Positions 38,145-48,760 of a stretch of 64,000 nucleotides of DNA are shown here, piece by piece (position 1 is the first letter of the stretch; every line of letters begins with the position of its first letter). Source of the DNA: Bdellovibrio sp. (GTDB lineage: Bacteria > Bdellovibrionota > Bdellovibrionia > Bdellovibrionales > Bdellovibrionaceae). Location of the stretch: positions 64,001 through 128,000 of the forward strand of contig JAKFBS010000011.1 of assembly GCA_036677065.1 (NCBI GenBank), written 5' to 3'. The notes under the pieces were generated by a model. The model ran no database searches and was not told the origin of the DNA. It saw only the letters and a list, made by a program, of their open reading frames with translations. Both the position numbers and the translations under genes were made by a program.

Positions 38145-39242
38145 ATGAACTCTTCAATTAAATCTGTCTTAACATTTCTTTGTGGATTAATGGTGGTTAT
38201 CGCTCAGGCGAAGGCCCAAACCCTTGCCGGGGTTTTACCTGAAGTTAAAGCGCCGATCCCGCTTTTTGCAGAAGACAGCACTTTACGTTTAGAGCTTGTG
38301 GCTGATTTTAATAAACTTTTGCATCTACCCGATAAAGATACGAACACTAAAGTTCCTGCTAAGTTAATTTATTTTACTGATTCTGAACAGGCTCAAGAAA
38401 TTAACGTTAAGCTGAGCACACGTGGTAAATCGAAACAAATATTTTGCAGCGGCTTTCGCCCCATTAGAATTTATTTTGATACATTACAAACTGATTTAAC
38501 ACTGACTCCGTTTAAAGGAATCTCTGACGATCTTAAAATCGCAACTCATTGTGAAGGCTTAGGGGTTATCAAAGATACAGATGCAAATGTACAACGTATT
38601 CTTCGCGAGCAAACGGCTTATAAAATGCTTGAAGCCCTTGGGTTTGCGTCGTTAAAAACTCGCTCAGCTCGAATTACTTATAAAAACCTGGATGGAACTG
38701 TAGTTGCCGAAGCCCTTGCTTTTTTACTTGAGCCTAAATCAAATATGGCTAAACGCTATGGCCTTAAACATCTTAAAAAACATCAGGCTGATATTATCTT
38801 TGCACCAGAACCAATCAATAAGATTCCGTTTTCAATATCGACGCGTTTTCTTATGCACACTGATGTTGATCATGGCGGAGAACACAATACCATCCTGCTT
38901 GTGCGCGAAGGTGAAACAAAAGCTGTGACTATGGTGCCTTATGATTTTGATCTGACTGGAATGGTTCTGGATTCTCAATATAAAGGCTCTGCATGGGCCC
39001 ATAAGCCTTGGACGCTGGAGCTTTGGGGTGATGATGGCGACTGGTTCAAGAAATGGGTCGGCGCAGAATATACAAGTGATGAATACCGCAACCAAGCTTA
39101 CGCGGCTACAAACTATGCCCTATCTCACAAAGAAGCTGTGCAACAAGTAATTGATGCTAGCCCGGTCATCGACAAGAGCCGTATTCAAGAGCGCACGAAT
39201 GCTTTTTTCTCAGGAATTGAACGCGTTATTAACGAGAAATAA
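38145..39242 (+). CDS. Secreted CotH-like atypical kinase-fold protein
   Basis: SD GAGG; signal peptide; 'STRGKS', 'ILREQTAYKM', 'LLEP', 'HNTILL', 'PYDFD'. Confidence 0.6.
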   Translation: MNSSIKSVLTFLCGLMVVIAQAKAQTLAGVLPEVKAPIPLFAEDSTLRLELVADFNKLLHLPDKDTNTKVPAKLIYFTDSEQAQEINVKLSTRGKSKQIFCSGFRPIRIYFDTLQTDLTLTPFKGISDDLKIATHCEGLGVIKDTDANVQRILREQTAYKMLEALGFASLKTRSARITYKNLDGTVVAEALAFLLEPKSNMAKRYGLKHLKKHQADIIFAPEPINKIPFSISTRFLMHTDVDHGGEHNTILLVREGETKAVTMVPYDFDLTGMVLDSQYKGSAWAHKPWTLELWGDDGDWFKKWVGAEYTSDEYRNQAYAATNYALSHKEAVQQVIDASPVIDKSRIQERTNAFFSGIERVINEK

Positions 39243-39243
39243 T

Positions 39244-39897
39244 TTATTTAAAGGCAGGATTTCTAAATGCGCGAATACATTCGCGCACGCCTTTGGTTAA
39301 CGAAGTGTCTTCTTCTAACTTCCAAGGCTCTTTTGTCCAACGCGGGCTGTGTTTATACAAAAAGTAATTCACAGTGTCTGTTCCCTTAGTTTTATTTGAT
39401 AGCGCTGAATATGTTTGGCTGTAGGCTTTGTTCCACAGAGCTGAATCGCTTGGGCATAAAAAATCTTTGTAATTAGATTCGTCATAGATATTCAAAGATG
39501 ATGCAAATTGATCACGTTGAAAAATAACTGATTGCACATCGCCTTTGCGGATTTTTACGCGATTGGCGATCACTTCTGCGATCACTGGAACGATTTGGCT
39601 ATTCATTTTTTCACAGTTTGTGGCTTTTGTTTCGGCGTACACAAGACGTGCTGCTAATTCGATATCAGAATCGCTATTCAATACTTTTTTATAACCAACA
39701 TACTTATTTGACGTTTTACTATTGGCTTTGATTGTTGCCTTGATACCATCGATTTTAGCAGGATCGTTAATACAATTCGGAAGTTTTGCACCGACTGATT
39801 GTTTTGCAGCCGCTTGGCCATTCGAGCCACCGACTTCGCTGGCAAAAACATTTGTTGTAAGTACTGTGATACTAATAAGCGCGGCTAACTTCTTCAT
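39244..39897 (-). CDS. SleB/Hydrolase_2 family cell wall hydrolase
   Basis: 'LAARLVYAE', 'EVIANRV', 'VIFQRDQF'; signal peptide. Confidence 0.8.
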   Translation of the reverse strand: MKKLAALISITVLTTNVFASEVGGSNGQAAAKQSVGAKLPNCINDPAKIDGIKATIKANSKTSNKYVGYKKVLNSDSDIELAARLVYAETKATNCEKMNSQIVPVIAEVIANRVKIRKGDVQSVIFQRDQFASSLNIYDESNYKDFLCPSDSALWNKAYSQTYSALSNKTKGTDTVNYFLYKHSPRWTKEPWKLEEDTSLTKGVRECIRAFRNPAFK

Positions 39898-39908
39898 AGC
39901 TTATGCTA

Positions 39909-40814
39909 TCAATTTAAATAGCGATTCGGAAGAGCTAAAATATTAAAACCAGCCATAGTTTCTTTACTTAACATGACTCGACTAATGTAGTTAATTAGAG
40001 GCTCTTTTTTAACTCCCATATAGCTGTCGCTGCCGTCACGGCCCATACCGTTGCTTGCGTGCACCATATAAAGAACGCCATTTTCACGAATTAAAAAACC
40101 TTGGTGCGATACATCCAATCGCGTGCCTGCCACTTTAGTTAAATCCCAGTTAGGGCGAACCAGATTAAAAATACTGCCTGACGGAATGCGATTTATTAGG
40201 TCTGGCTTGCTGACCAGATCTTCTTTACTGATATACGGCAACTGCGCCAGTTGGCGGTCAAAGTTTTTGCTCATTTCAACGTAGTTATCACCTTTTTTTG
40301 CAAACCAATTGGCTTTATCAATCCATGTTTGCGACCAGCGCGTGTGATGACCTGCAATCGCTCCCGTGATGTCTTTTACAAAACCTAGTTCGCTGTTATT
40401 TGGAATCCAATCAATACTGGTAAAGTGATTGCGATTTTCGTAATCAACCGCTGCATCTTTATACCTGATTTGATTAATGCGCTCTTGAAACTGTTGCGGC
40501 GTCGTTGAAAACGATAACGCCATCACGGTTTCAACAAACGTCGTACAGTCAAAACCATCAAAACGATATAACGGCGCTTTTGAAACCTCGCCATTTGGGC
40601 CTTCACCTAAAGGATCAGCCACATAGGGAGTTTTATTATGCAAAAAAATATCTGCGTAATAGATCGCACGCTCGCGCACGTTAAGTTTTTTTACTGATTT
40701 GATCTGCAGCAAAGCTTCTAGCGTTGGCGCATCGGTAAAGGCCGCTTGCGCGAAATTAGCGCTGGCTAGCACCACTAAAGCGATCACTAAAATTGAGCGT
40801 AATAATAAGTTCAT
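39909..40814 (-). CDS. DUF1460 (NlpC/P60-like N-acetylmuramoyl-L-alanine amidase)
   Basis: 'FDCTTFVETV', 'RNHF', 'VSHQGF', 'HAS'. Confidence 0.85.
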   Translation of the reverse strand: MNLLLRSILVIALVVLASANFAQAAFTDAPTLEALLQIKSVKKLNVRERAIYYADIFLHNKTPYVADPLGEGPNGEVSKAPLYRFDGFDCTTFVETVMALSFSTTPQQFQERINQIRYKDAAVDYENRNHFTSIDWIPNNSELGFVKDITGAIAGHHTRWSQTWIDKANWFAKKGDNYVEMSKNFDRQLAQLPYISKEDLVSKPDLINRIPSGSIFNLVRPNWDLTKVAGTRLDVSHQGFLIRENGVLYMVHASNGMGRDGSDSYMGVKKEPLINYISRVMLSKETMAGFNILALPNRYLN

Positions 40815-40908
40815 CACAAGTGTGAAAACTAGCAATATTGGCTCTCAAATCAGAGCCAATTAGAATGGGTTTAAGGTGCTTACTATGTCTAGGATTTTGA
40901 CAGCAGCC

Positions 40909-42513
40909 CTATTCAGGGCTTGTTTGGTTACTGTCGTACTGAAGCGCCACATAAGACATTAGGTCTGTACATGACAAACTATCAACGGCTTTCGAGATAA
41001 GGCTATCGTTGATATTTAAATCATTTTGCTTGTTACAAAGCTGCAAAGGTAACTCTAATTTTTTGTGCGAAGACACTAAATTCACCGGTTTGATCGGGTT
41101 GATGTAGTTAGTCTCTTCGCTTGAGTCACTAGCTTTAGCTTCAGCTAACTCGATATCCGGAGTTACTCCGTAAAACTGAGTTGATCTTCCGCTTGGTAAT
41201 AAATAAAAACCCTTTGTTCTGAAAAAACCGATGTTTTTTGATTTATCCCAAGATTCGATTTCTTGAAATGTGCCTTTACCAAAAGTTTTTGCACCGATCA
41301 CGATACCGCGACGGTATTCTTGAATTGCTCCGGCAAAAAGTTCTGCAGCACTTGCTGAATTTGTATTAACTAATACCGCAAGCGCGCCAGAATAAATTCT
41401 TTCAGCACTTGTTAATACCACTTCGTTAGATTTTGATAAATCAAAGTATTCAACTGAGTAAATGGTCTTATTTTCACCAATGAAAAGACCTGTTAAACAA
41501 GCCGCTTCTGATAAATGCCCACCTGGATTATCACGTAAATCTAAAACTAATCCTGAGATGTTTTTATCAGCCATTTCTAAGATCGCTGTACTTACTTCGC
41601 TGCACGTGTTCTTAGAAAATTTAGAAATCGTGATCACACCAAAATTACGCGGGCCCGGAACAACTTCTGCGTAAACTTGGCTTAATACACGGTACGTGCG
41701 TTGTATATTTTTAACTAACGTTGCACCGTCGCGCTTGATGATGAAATTAAAAATACGGATGTTGCGGTCTTTTAAGATCTGACCTGCATCAGATAAACTT
41801 AATGATTCGGCTTTTTGCCCGTTGATTGAATTTACGATATCACCCGCAATTAAACCGCTTGCTGCCGCGTCTGAATTACGCACTACTTTTTTAATACGTA
41901 ATTGACCGTGGTGATCTTTTTCAAAACTTAAACCTACAAAGAACGGCGATCTATCAGACTGCGAACTGACTTGATCAAAGTACGCCATTGGTAAAATGTA
42001 AGTGTGCGGATCTTTGCTAACTGACAGGTAACCGTTGATCCCTTGAGCTAATAAATATCTCAGCGGCGTTTTTGGACCAGCTTTAGCTAAAATTAAATCC
42101 CATAAGTTATCAAATGAAAAACTTGAATTGATATGTTCTTTATAAATTTTTGAAAACGGCGCTAGAGTTTCTTTTTCTTTAAAATTATCTAAGCTTGTTG
42201 TTTCATTGTATGCTGGCCAGATTTCGCCAGTTAGGCCTAAGCGCTCTGATGTTAAGGCTAAGGCATTATTCACAGAATTTACGCAGGCTAAAAAGTATTT
42301 TTCAGATAAATGGCAGGTCTTATCGTTAACTAATTTACGTAGTTCTGATTCTTGTAAATCAGATTTTGACCAGTACTCTTCGATTTTGCTGATTTCTAAT
42401 TTTGATTGTGTTTGAGCCGCATGCAACCCCGCAGAGATCCCCCCGATCCCTGCCAGCACAAACCCCATCACAAAACCCATGGCTATCGTAAAAACTATTC
42501 CCCATGATCGCAT
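40909..42513 (-). CDS. S41A carboxy-terminal processing protease with PDZ
   Basis: 'DPHTY', 'LDLRDNPGG', 'SASAAE', 'TFGKG'. Confidence 0.92.
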   Translation of the reverse strand: MRSWGIVFTIAMGFVMGFVLAGIGGISAGLHAAQTQSKLEISKIEEYWSKSDLQESELRKLVNDKTCHLSEKYFLACVNSVNNALALTSERLGLTGEIWPAYNETTSLDNFKEKETLAPFSKIYKEHINSSFSFDNLWDLILAKAGPKTPLRYLLAQGINGYLSVSKDPHTYILPMAYFDQVSSQSDRSPFFVGLSFEKDHHGQLRIKKVVRNSDAAASGLIAGDIVNSINGQKAESLSLSDAGQILKDRNIRIFNFIIKRDGATLVKNIQRTYRVLSQVYAEVVPGPRNFGVITISKFSKNTCSEVSTAILEMADKNISGLVLDLRDNPGGHLSEAACLTGLFIGENKTIYSVEYFDLSKSNEVVLTSAERIYSGALAVLVNTNSASAAELFAGAIQEYRRGIVIGAKTFGKGTFQEIESWDKSKNIGFFRTKGFYLLPSGRSTQFYGVTPDIELAEAKASDSSEETNYINPIKPVNLVSSHKKLELPLQLCNKQNDLNINDSLISKAVDSLSCTDLMSYVALQYDSNQTSPE

Positions 42514-42708
42514 CTATACACCCCAAATAGGTTCTACACGAACCTTCCCAGTGACAAAATAGAGCAACCTTAGGGCCACATATTCCCCCTCTCAAAACCC
42601 ATAAAATGGCCTTCTGCCCCAGTATTAGGAAAGTTTTTCAAAGGTGATCAAAACAACCACACACAAAATACTTGCGAACATCGAGTGTCATGCCAGATAC
42701 TCACAAGC

Positions 42709-43677
42709 ATGATTATCGTAACCGGCGCCAATGGCTTTATTGGAAGTGCAATGGTTTGGCAGCTCAATCAAATGGGCCATACAAACATCATTGCCACAGA
42801 CACAGTTGATCTTACAAAACGCAATCTTTTACACAAAAGACAGTATGCTGAGTTTTTTAAAGCCTCAGAATTATGGAGCTTCTTAGCGACTCCTGAAGCC
42901 CAGAAAAAAGTGACATGGATTATCCACATGGGTGCCTGTTCTTCGACGACTGAAAAAGACTGGGAATACCTTTACGAAAATAATTTTTTATATTCGCAAA
43001 GATTATTCGAGTGGGCTGCGCGCTACAAAAAAAATCTAATCTATGCAAGTTCTGCTGCCACTTACGGCGAAGGCGAAAATGGTTTTGAAGACACTTATGA
43101 TTCTGAAAAATTAAAACCATTAAATCTATACGGCGAATCTAAAGTAATTATGGATCGTTGGGCGATGAAACAAAAAGCGACACCTGAAAATTGGTACGCT
43201 TTAAAATTTTTCAACGTGTTCGGCCCGAACGAATACGAAAAAGGTTCGATGGCCTCTGTGGCCTACAAATCTTATCACCACTTACAAAAAAATGATTCAT
43301 TAGGTTTATTTAAATCTTACAATGCCAATTACATGGACGGCAAACAAGTGCGCGATTTCGTTTATGTGAAAGACGTTGTTCGTTGGATGGCTGAACTGAT
43401 GGATAAAAAACCGGCTAGCGGTATTTATAATATGGGTTACGGCGAAACGCGCTCATGGTTAGATATGGCTGAAGCCCTTTTTAAAGCCTTAGGTAAAGAG
43501 CAAAAAATCAAATGGCTTGATATGCCCGAAGATATTAAAAACCAATATCAGTATTACACTTTGGCTAACATGACTAAATGGAAGCAGGCTGGCATGTCAG
43601 AACCTGAATGGCCGCTTGAAAAAGCCATTGCTGATTATGTGCAAAACTATTTATCACAAAAAGATCCTTGGTTATAA
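42709..43677 (+). CDS. hldD: ADP-L-glycero-D-manno-heptose 6-epimerase
   Basis: 'MIIVTGANGFIGS', 'GACSSTTE', 'YASSAATYG', 'YGESK', 'YQYYT'. Confidence 0.93.
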   Translation: MIIVTGANGFIGSAMVWQLNQMGHTNIIATDTVDLTKRNLLHKRQYAEFFKASELWSFLATPEAQKKVTWIIHMGACSSTTEKDWEYLYENNFLYSQRLFEWAARYKKNLIYASSAATYGEGENGFEDTYDSEKLKPLNLYGESKVIMDRWAMKQKATPENWYALKFFNVFGPNEYEKGSMASVAYKSYHHLQKNDSLGLFKSYNANYMDGKQVRDFVYVKDVVRWMAELMDKKPASGIYNMGYGETRSWLDMAEALFKALGKEQKIKWLDMPEDIKNQYQYYTLANMTKWKQAGMSEPEWPLEKAIADYVQNYLSQKDPWL

Positions 43678-43680
43678 ATT

Positions 43681-45327
43681 ATGTATGAACTTCCTCAGCA
43701 TTTAAAAAAATACTGTGTAGACCAAAATTACGCGCGCTATACGCCGATCGATCAGGCCACCTGGCGCTATTGCCTACGCCAGTTAAAAGATTTTTTATCT
43801 AAAAACGCGCATCCTATTTATATCGAAGGTTTAGAAAAAACCGGCATCAGCGAAGAACAAATTCCACGCATTGAAGATATGAGTGAAAAACTTAAAAACT
43901 TCGGCTGGACAGCCATGCCTGTTTCTGGATTTATTCCACCAGCAGCATTTATGGAATTACAATCGTTATCAATTTTACCGATCGCTTCTGACATGCGAAG
44001 TATTGATCACTTACTTTATACTCCTGCCCCGGATATCGTGCACGAAGCTGCAGGGCATGCGCCGATTATCGTTGATCCAGAATACGCAGCGTATTTAAAA
44101 GAGTATGCGCAAGTGGCGAAAAAAGCGATTATCAGCAAAGAAGATTTAGATTTATACGAAGCCATTCGCGAATTATCAGACATTAAAGAAAATCCTACCT
44201 CGACTGCAGAACAAATCGCAGCTTCTGAAAAAAAATTACAAGACACTATCAGGGCTTCAACTCATGTTTCTGAAGCCTCTGAATTATCACGCATGAATTG
44301 GTGGACAGCTGAATATGGTTTAATCGGCACTGTCGATAATCCAAAAATATTTGGTGCCGGATTATTATCCTCTGTTGGCGAATCAAAACTATGCATGTCT
44401 GACAAAGTTAAAAAAATTCCCTTAACAGTTGATTGTATTAAACAGACTTACGACATCACTGAGCCACAACCACAATTATTTGTAACACCTGATTTTAAAA
44501 CTCTAGTTAAAGTCTTACATCAAATGGCTGAAACTATGGCTTATCGCATTGGCGGTAAAGCTGGCTTAGATAAAGCGATTCAGGCAAAATCTGTGAATAC
44601 TGTTGAACTTGATTCAGGCTTACAGATCAGCGGCGTTGTGACCGAATACATTCAAGATTCTTCAGGCCATGTGATTTACATTAAATTCACAGGACCTACA
44701 CAAATCAGTCGCAACGACCAGCAATTACCAGGGCATAATAAAGAATATCACCAGCATGGCTATAGCTTTCCGTTAGGAAACTACAAAACTGTTGGCAATA
44801 CTTTGCAGTATGATTCAGGCGTTACTGTTACTGGTGATTTAGCTAAAACTGAACACGGCATTATGACTTTTAAAAATTGTACGGTGAAATACAAAGACCA
44901 AACACTATTTCAACCTGACTGGGGTAATTTTGATATCACCGTGGGTAATAAAGTGATTTCAGTATTTGGCGGAGCCGCAGATCGCAAAAGTTACGGCGAT
45001 ACCGATGATTTCGTAGCCGCACGTGTTCCTACGCCGAATTATAACGCTGAACAAAAGGCACTATTTGCGCTCTATCAAAAAGTTCGTGATTACCGCAAAG
45101 CTCGCTCTGAGTGGTCAGATTCAACGACGATGGCTTTATTTGACCAGTGTTTAAACCAAGCTTCAGACCAATGGTTATTATTTGTTGAGATTCTAGAAAT
45201 CGCTGTAATGAGCAAACTTTCGCCAGTCTTAACGAAAAAAATGGAAGCCCACTTACAAACTATCAAATCTAACAACGAAAAATTGACATCAGTTATAGAT
45301 GATGGTGTACGTCTAGCTTATGCGTAA
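43681..45327 (+). CDS. phhA: Aromatic amino acid (phenylalanine) hydroxylase, long form
   Basis: 'YTPAPDIVHEAAGHAP', 'WWTAEYGL', 'GAGLLSS'. Confidence 0.88.
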   Translation: MYELPQHLKKYCVDQNYARYTPIDQATWRYCLRQLKDFLSKNAHPIYIEGLEKTGISEEQIPRIEDMSEKLKNFGWTAMPVSGFIPPAAFMELQSLSILPIASDMRSIDHLLYTPAPDIVHEAAGHAPIIVDPEYAAYLKEYAQVAKKAIISKEDLDLYEAIRELSDIKENPTSTAEQIAASEKKLQDTIRASTHVSEASELSRMNWWTAEYGLIGTVDNPKIFGAGLLSSVGESKLCMSDKVKKIPLTVDCIKQTYDITEPQPQLFVTPDFKTLVKVLHQMAETMAYRIGGKAGLDKAIQAKSVNTVELDSGLQISGVVTEYIQDSSGHVIYIKFTGPTQISRNDQQLPGHNKEYHQHGYSFPLGNYKTVGNTLQYDSGVTVTGDLAKTEHGIMTFKNCTVKYKDQTLFQPDWGNFDITVGNKVISVFGGAADRKSYGDTDDFVAARVPTPNYNAEQKALFALYQKVRDYRKARSEWSDSTTMALFDQCLNQASDQWLLFVEILEIAVMSKLSPVLTKKMEAHLQTIKSNNEKLTSVIDDGVRLAYA

Positions 45328-46096
45328 GCTGGATGTAAGAATCGTATTAATTAAATCAATCTATGAACGAAATATCGGGTCAACGTCTCGCGCGATGGCC
45401 AATATGGGTTTTAAGAATTTAATCTTACTAGCACCACAGTGTGAAATCACTTTTGATGCCCAGCAAGCTGCAGCCACTGGCCAGTATGCCCTACAAAATC
45501 GCGTTGTTTATAAAAATTGGGCTGAATTTTTTAAAAATGAACCACAAGGTTTAATGATTGCAACCACTGCGCGTGATGGCCGTGGTCGCCAAGCGCAAGA
45601 CTTACAATCTACTTTAAATTATTTTTTAGAAACAAATGCCGACATAAAAAAAGAATCTGAGAATCCATTCGTGATTCATATCGTATTCGGGCCTGAAGAT
45701 GCAGGGTTAAGTGCCGAAGATATTTCGCACGCTAATTTCAGCTGCTCAATTCCTACTTATGGAGACAACACCAGTCTTAACCTGGCTCAGGCGACATTAC
45801 TTGCGATGTTTATCACACGTTCGGTATTTGGCGGCGAAAAAACTCAGCTTGAAGGCCAGCAAAAACCTAAAGCCCTACAGAAAAAAGACGAAGGTATTTT
45901 CCCCGATGAATCATTACGTACATGGTTAACTGAAATGGGTTTTGCGTTAGATAAGAAAAAAATTAATGTCTACACGACATTAAAACGTATGCTTTTACAG
46001 AATACGCCGTCGGCTAAAGAATTTCGTGTGCTTGAAATCGTGCTGCAACAAAGTATTCGTAAACTTCGCGCGCTAAATGACCTAAAAAAAGACTAG
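45320..46096 (+). CDS. TrmJ/TrmH family SPOUT RNA methyltransferase
   Basis: 'NIGSTSRAMANMG', 'VFGPEDAGL', 'SLNLAQA'. Confidence 0.9.
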   Translation: MRKLDVRIVLIKSIYERNIGSTSRAMANMGFKNLILLAPQCEITFDAQQAAATGQYALQNRVVYKNWAEFFKNEPQGLMIATTARDGRGRQAQDLQSTLNYFLETNADIKKESENPFVIHIVFGPEDAGLSAEDISHANFSCSIPTYGDNTSLNLAQATLLAMFITRSVFGGEKTQLEGQQKPKALQKKDEGIFPDESLRTWLTEMGFALDKKKINVYTTLKRMLLQNTPSAKEFRVLEIVLQQSIRKLRALNDLKKD

Positions 46097-46106
46097 CCCG
46101 GGGCGC

Positions 46107-46475
46107 CTAGCCCGCCAAACTTCTAACTTTTTTAATCTTTTGATCTAAAACTGAAATATGTTCTGTTAATGACTTACCCTGATCATGTAAATCTGCGATG
46201 CGCTCGTGGGCATCTTCAGTCATCGAACCCACTAATTGTAAGTTTTCGATCACCATATGAGTTTCTTCAATCTTGGCCTTAATGCCCTCGATCTTCTGAA
46301 ACAGGGATTGTTTCTGCTCGCTAAGTTCACGCATGGTTTCATGGATAAATTCTTGCGGCAGACCTTTAAGCTCTTTAATTTTTGGAATATCTTCTTCCAC
46401 GAAAGCTTCTATAAGCAGAGACCATTCGGATTTCAGGGAACCTTTAGTAGCACTACTATGACTGTCATCGTTCAT
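46107..46475 (-). CDS. Coiled-coil hypothetical protein
   Basis: Heptad-rich ORF filling the gap between convergent and divergent genes. Confidence 0.65.
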   Translation of the reverse strand: MNDDSHSSATKGSLKSEWSLLIEAFVEEDIPKIKELKGLPQEFIHETMRELSEQKQSLFQKIEGIKAKIEETHMVIENLQLVGSMTEDAHERIADLHDQGKSLTEHISVLDQKIKKVRSLAG

Positions 46476-46560
46476 ACTATGATTGTAACAATGCTGAATA
46501 GCATAAGTAACTAGACGATAGACTAGACACTGCGGCCTCTAAGTATATAAGATTTAATAA

Positions 46561-47679
46561 ATGAATTTAGGACTTTTATTTATTGCAGCATTTTTAGCTA
46601 GCTCTTTAGCCCTGGCCAAAGGTCCTGAAGTGGTGTCTGCGCCGGTGATTTCTTTCACTGCAAAACCTGCAGTTAGTGGTAGCGATAGTCTTTTATTATC
46701 TTTCAATGGCGATCTAATTATTCATGAAGATCTTTACAAAAAAGTGATGGCCGATAAAAACCACGATTTTTCCGTGCTTTGGAAAAAGACAATTCCCCTA
46801 ATTACCAAAGCCGATTTTTCTTATGTGAATATGGAAGGCCCAACCGCTCTGGGCATCAGCAATAAATTAAAAAACAAAGGTGATGTAGGTTTTGTTTATG
46901 ATAACGAAGTCTATAGCGGCACTGATTTATTATTTAACTATCACCCCACCCTCATTGATGCGCTTCAAAAATCTGGCTTTGATATTATATCGACAGTGAA
47001 TAATCATTCGCTGGATCGCGGAGCAAAAGGTCTAAATTCTACGATTGATGCATTAATTAAACGTAATATGCCATTCATCGGTTCAAGAAAATCTGGCAGC
47101 GAAGATCCATTATACACGGTAACTAAAGTTAAAAATTTCACGATTGCTTGGATTGGCTGCACCGAAATGCTGAATGGTTTTTTCGACCGTAAGTCACAAG
47201 TCTATTTATGCTTTCAACAGCGTGAAGAGATTTTAAAACTAATCGCGCGCGTGATTTCAGAAAAAAAACCAGATGCTGTGATTATGACTCCGCACTGGGG
47301 TGTTGAATATTCACATAAACATTCACAAACTCAGATCGCTCTTGCCCATGAATTTTTAGAAATGGGAGCCACCGCTGTGATCGGCTCTCACCCGCACGTA
47401 TTACAACCTGTTGAAAAATATGTAACTGCTGATAAACGCGAAACCTTTATCGCTTATTCACTAGGAAATTTTGTGGCTAACCAACGCGGTATTGAAAGAA
47501 AATCATCGGCGATTGTGTATTTACAATTATCGCGTGATAAATCTGGAAAAGCTGTGATCAGTGATTATTATTACGAACCTACGACAAGATTACGCGCAGA
47601 TATTTTTCCAGCACGTGATGACAAAGCTGTGGTTAAGCATGTCGAGCAGTTCTTAGGACCAATGCGCCCTAAGGAATAA
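46561..47679 (+). CDS. CapA family (PGA_cap) metallophosphatase-fold protein
   Basis: 'GDL', 'NMEGP', 'NNHSLD', 'PHWGVEY', 'GSHPHVLQ', 'YSLGNF'. Confidence 0.92.
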   Translation: MNLGLLFIAAFLASSLALAKGPEVVSAPVISFTAKPAVSGSDSLLLSFNGDLIIHEDLYKKVMADKNHDFSVLWKKTIPLITKADFSYVNMEGPTALGISNKLKNKGDVGFVYDNEVYSGTDLLFNYHPTLIDALQKSGFDIISTVNNHSLDRGAKGLNSTIDALIKRNMPFIGSRKSGSEDPLYTVTKVKNFTIAWIGCTEMLNGFFDRKSQVYLCFQQREEILKLIARVISEKKPDAVIMTPHWGVEYSHKHSQTQIALAHEFLEMGATAVIGSHPHVLQPVEKYVTADKRETFIAYSLGNFVANQRGIERKSSAIVYLQLSRDKSGKAVISDYYYEPTTRLRADIFPARDDKAVVKHVEQFLGPMRPKE

Positions 47680-48760
47680 ACGACATCACAAGATAGGCAA
47701 TCATCAGCACCAAATGCGTTGCTCCTTGTAGAGCGGTTGTTCGACCAGTTCCCAATGTTAATCCGCCCACAATAAAGGTCAGTAATAAAAATGCTGTGTT
47801 TTTTGGATCTAAGCCTAAAGTTAATGTGCGATTTGTCATAATCGAGAATGCCGCTACAACTGGAATCGTCAGCGCGATAGATGCAGCTCCAGAACCTAAT
47901 GCTAAGTTCAGACTCGTTTGTAATTGATTGGCACGAGCTGCCGTAATAGCGGCCCAAGTTTCAGGAAGTAAAACCAGTAACGCGATCACAATACCTACAG
48001 CTGCGCGTGGAGCATTTAGCGCCGTCACTCCTGCTTCTATGGCAGGGCTTAGTGATTTAGCTAATCCAATCACTACACCTAAACTTAAAAATAAACAGAT
48101 AAAACTTAAAACCGTAAGACGTAATGATGGCGTTGGTGAACCTTCAGCATCTTCGCTGGGAACTTCGATCACTTCAAAATAATCTTTATGCGTTTTAGTT
48201 TGAAAGTAAACCAACAGCGCATACAAAATCAAACAAGCGGCCGAGACAAAGATTAACTGGCCAGTACTATAGGTCGATGCGGCCGTTGATGTCGTGTAAT
48301 TCGGAATCACCATCGTAAGACCAGCTAATACAGCTAAGATGCCAAGCAATGAGCTTGCTCCTTGTACATGAAAATCTAATTCACGAAAACGTAAACCGCC
48401 TAATAATAAACACACGCCCACAATCCCGTTTGTGACAATAATCACCGCCGAAAAAACCGTATCGCGCGCAACTACTGATGATTCAGGTGTATCATTGGTC
48501 ATTAACGAAACAATTAATCCAACTTCAATAACGGTTACCGATAAAGCTAAGATCAAAGCGCCTAGTGATGGACCAACTCGTAAGGCAATCACTTCGGCGT
48601 GATGGACTGCCGTCATAACAGCAACACCTAAAAAGCCTACAGCGATAGCTAATAACCACGCCGACGATGTACCTAAAGATAAAACCATCACCATCACTAA
48701 AACTGAAGCTATTGATAAAAAGTGGGTCATATCAAAATAGCGTTTTAATCTTTTAGTCAC
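47669..48760 (-). CDS. chaA: Ca2+/H+ antiporter (ChaA family)
   Basis: 'AVHHAEVIA', 'VTVIEV', 'LLPE', 'NLALGS...SIALTIP'. Confidence 0.88.
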   Translation of the reverse strand: MTKRLKRYFDMTHFLSIASVLVMVMVLSLGTSSAWLLAIAVGFLGVAVMTAVHHAEVIALRVGPSLGALILALSVTVIEVGLIVSLMTNDTPESSVVARDTVFSAVIIVTNGIVGVCLLLGGLRFRELDFHVQGASSLLGILAVLAGLTMVIPNYTTSTAASTYSTGQLIFVSAACLILYALLVYFQTKTHKDYFEVIEVPSEDAEGSPTPSLRLTVLSFICLFLSLGVVIGLAKSLSPAIEAGVTALNAPRAAVGIVIALLVLLPETWAAITAARANQLQTSLNLALGSGAASIALTIPVVAAFSIMTNRTLTLGLDPKNTAFLLLTFIVGGLTLGTGRTTALQGATHLVLMIAYLVMSFIP

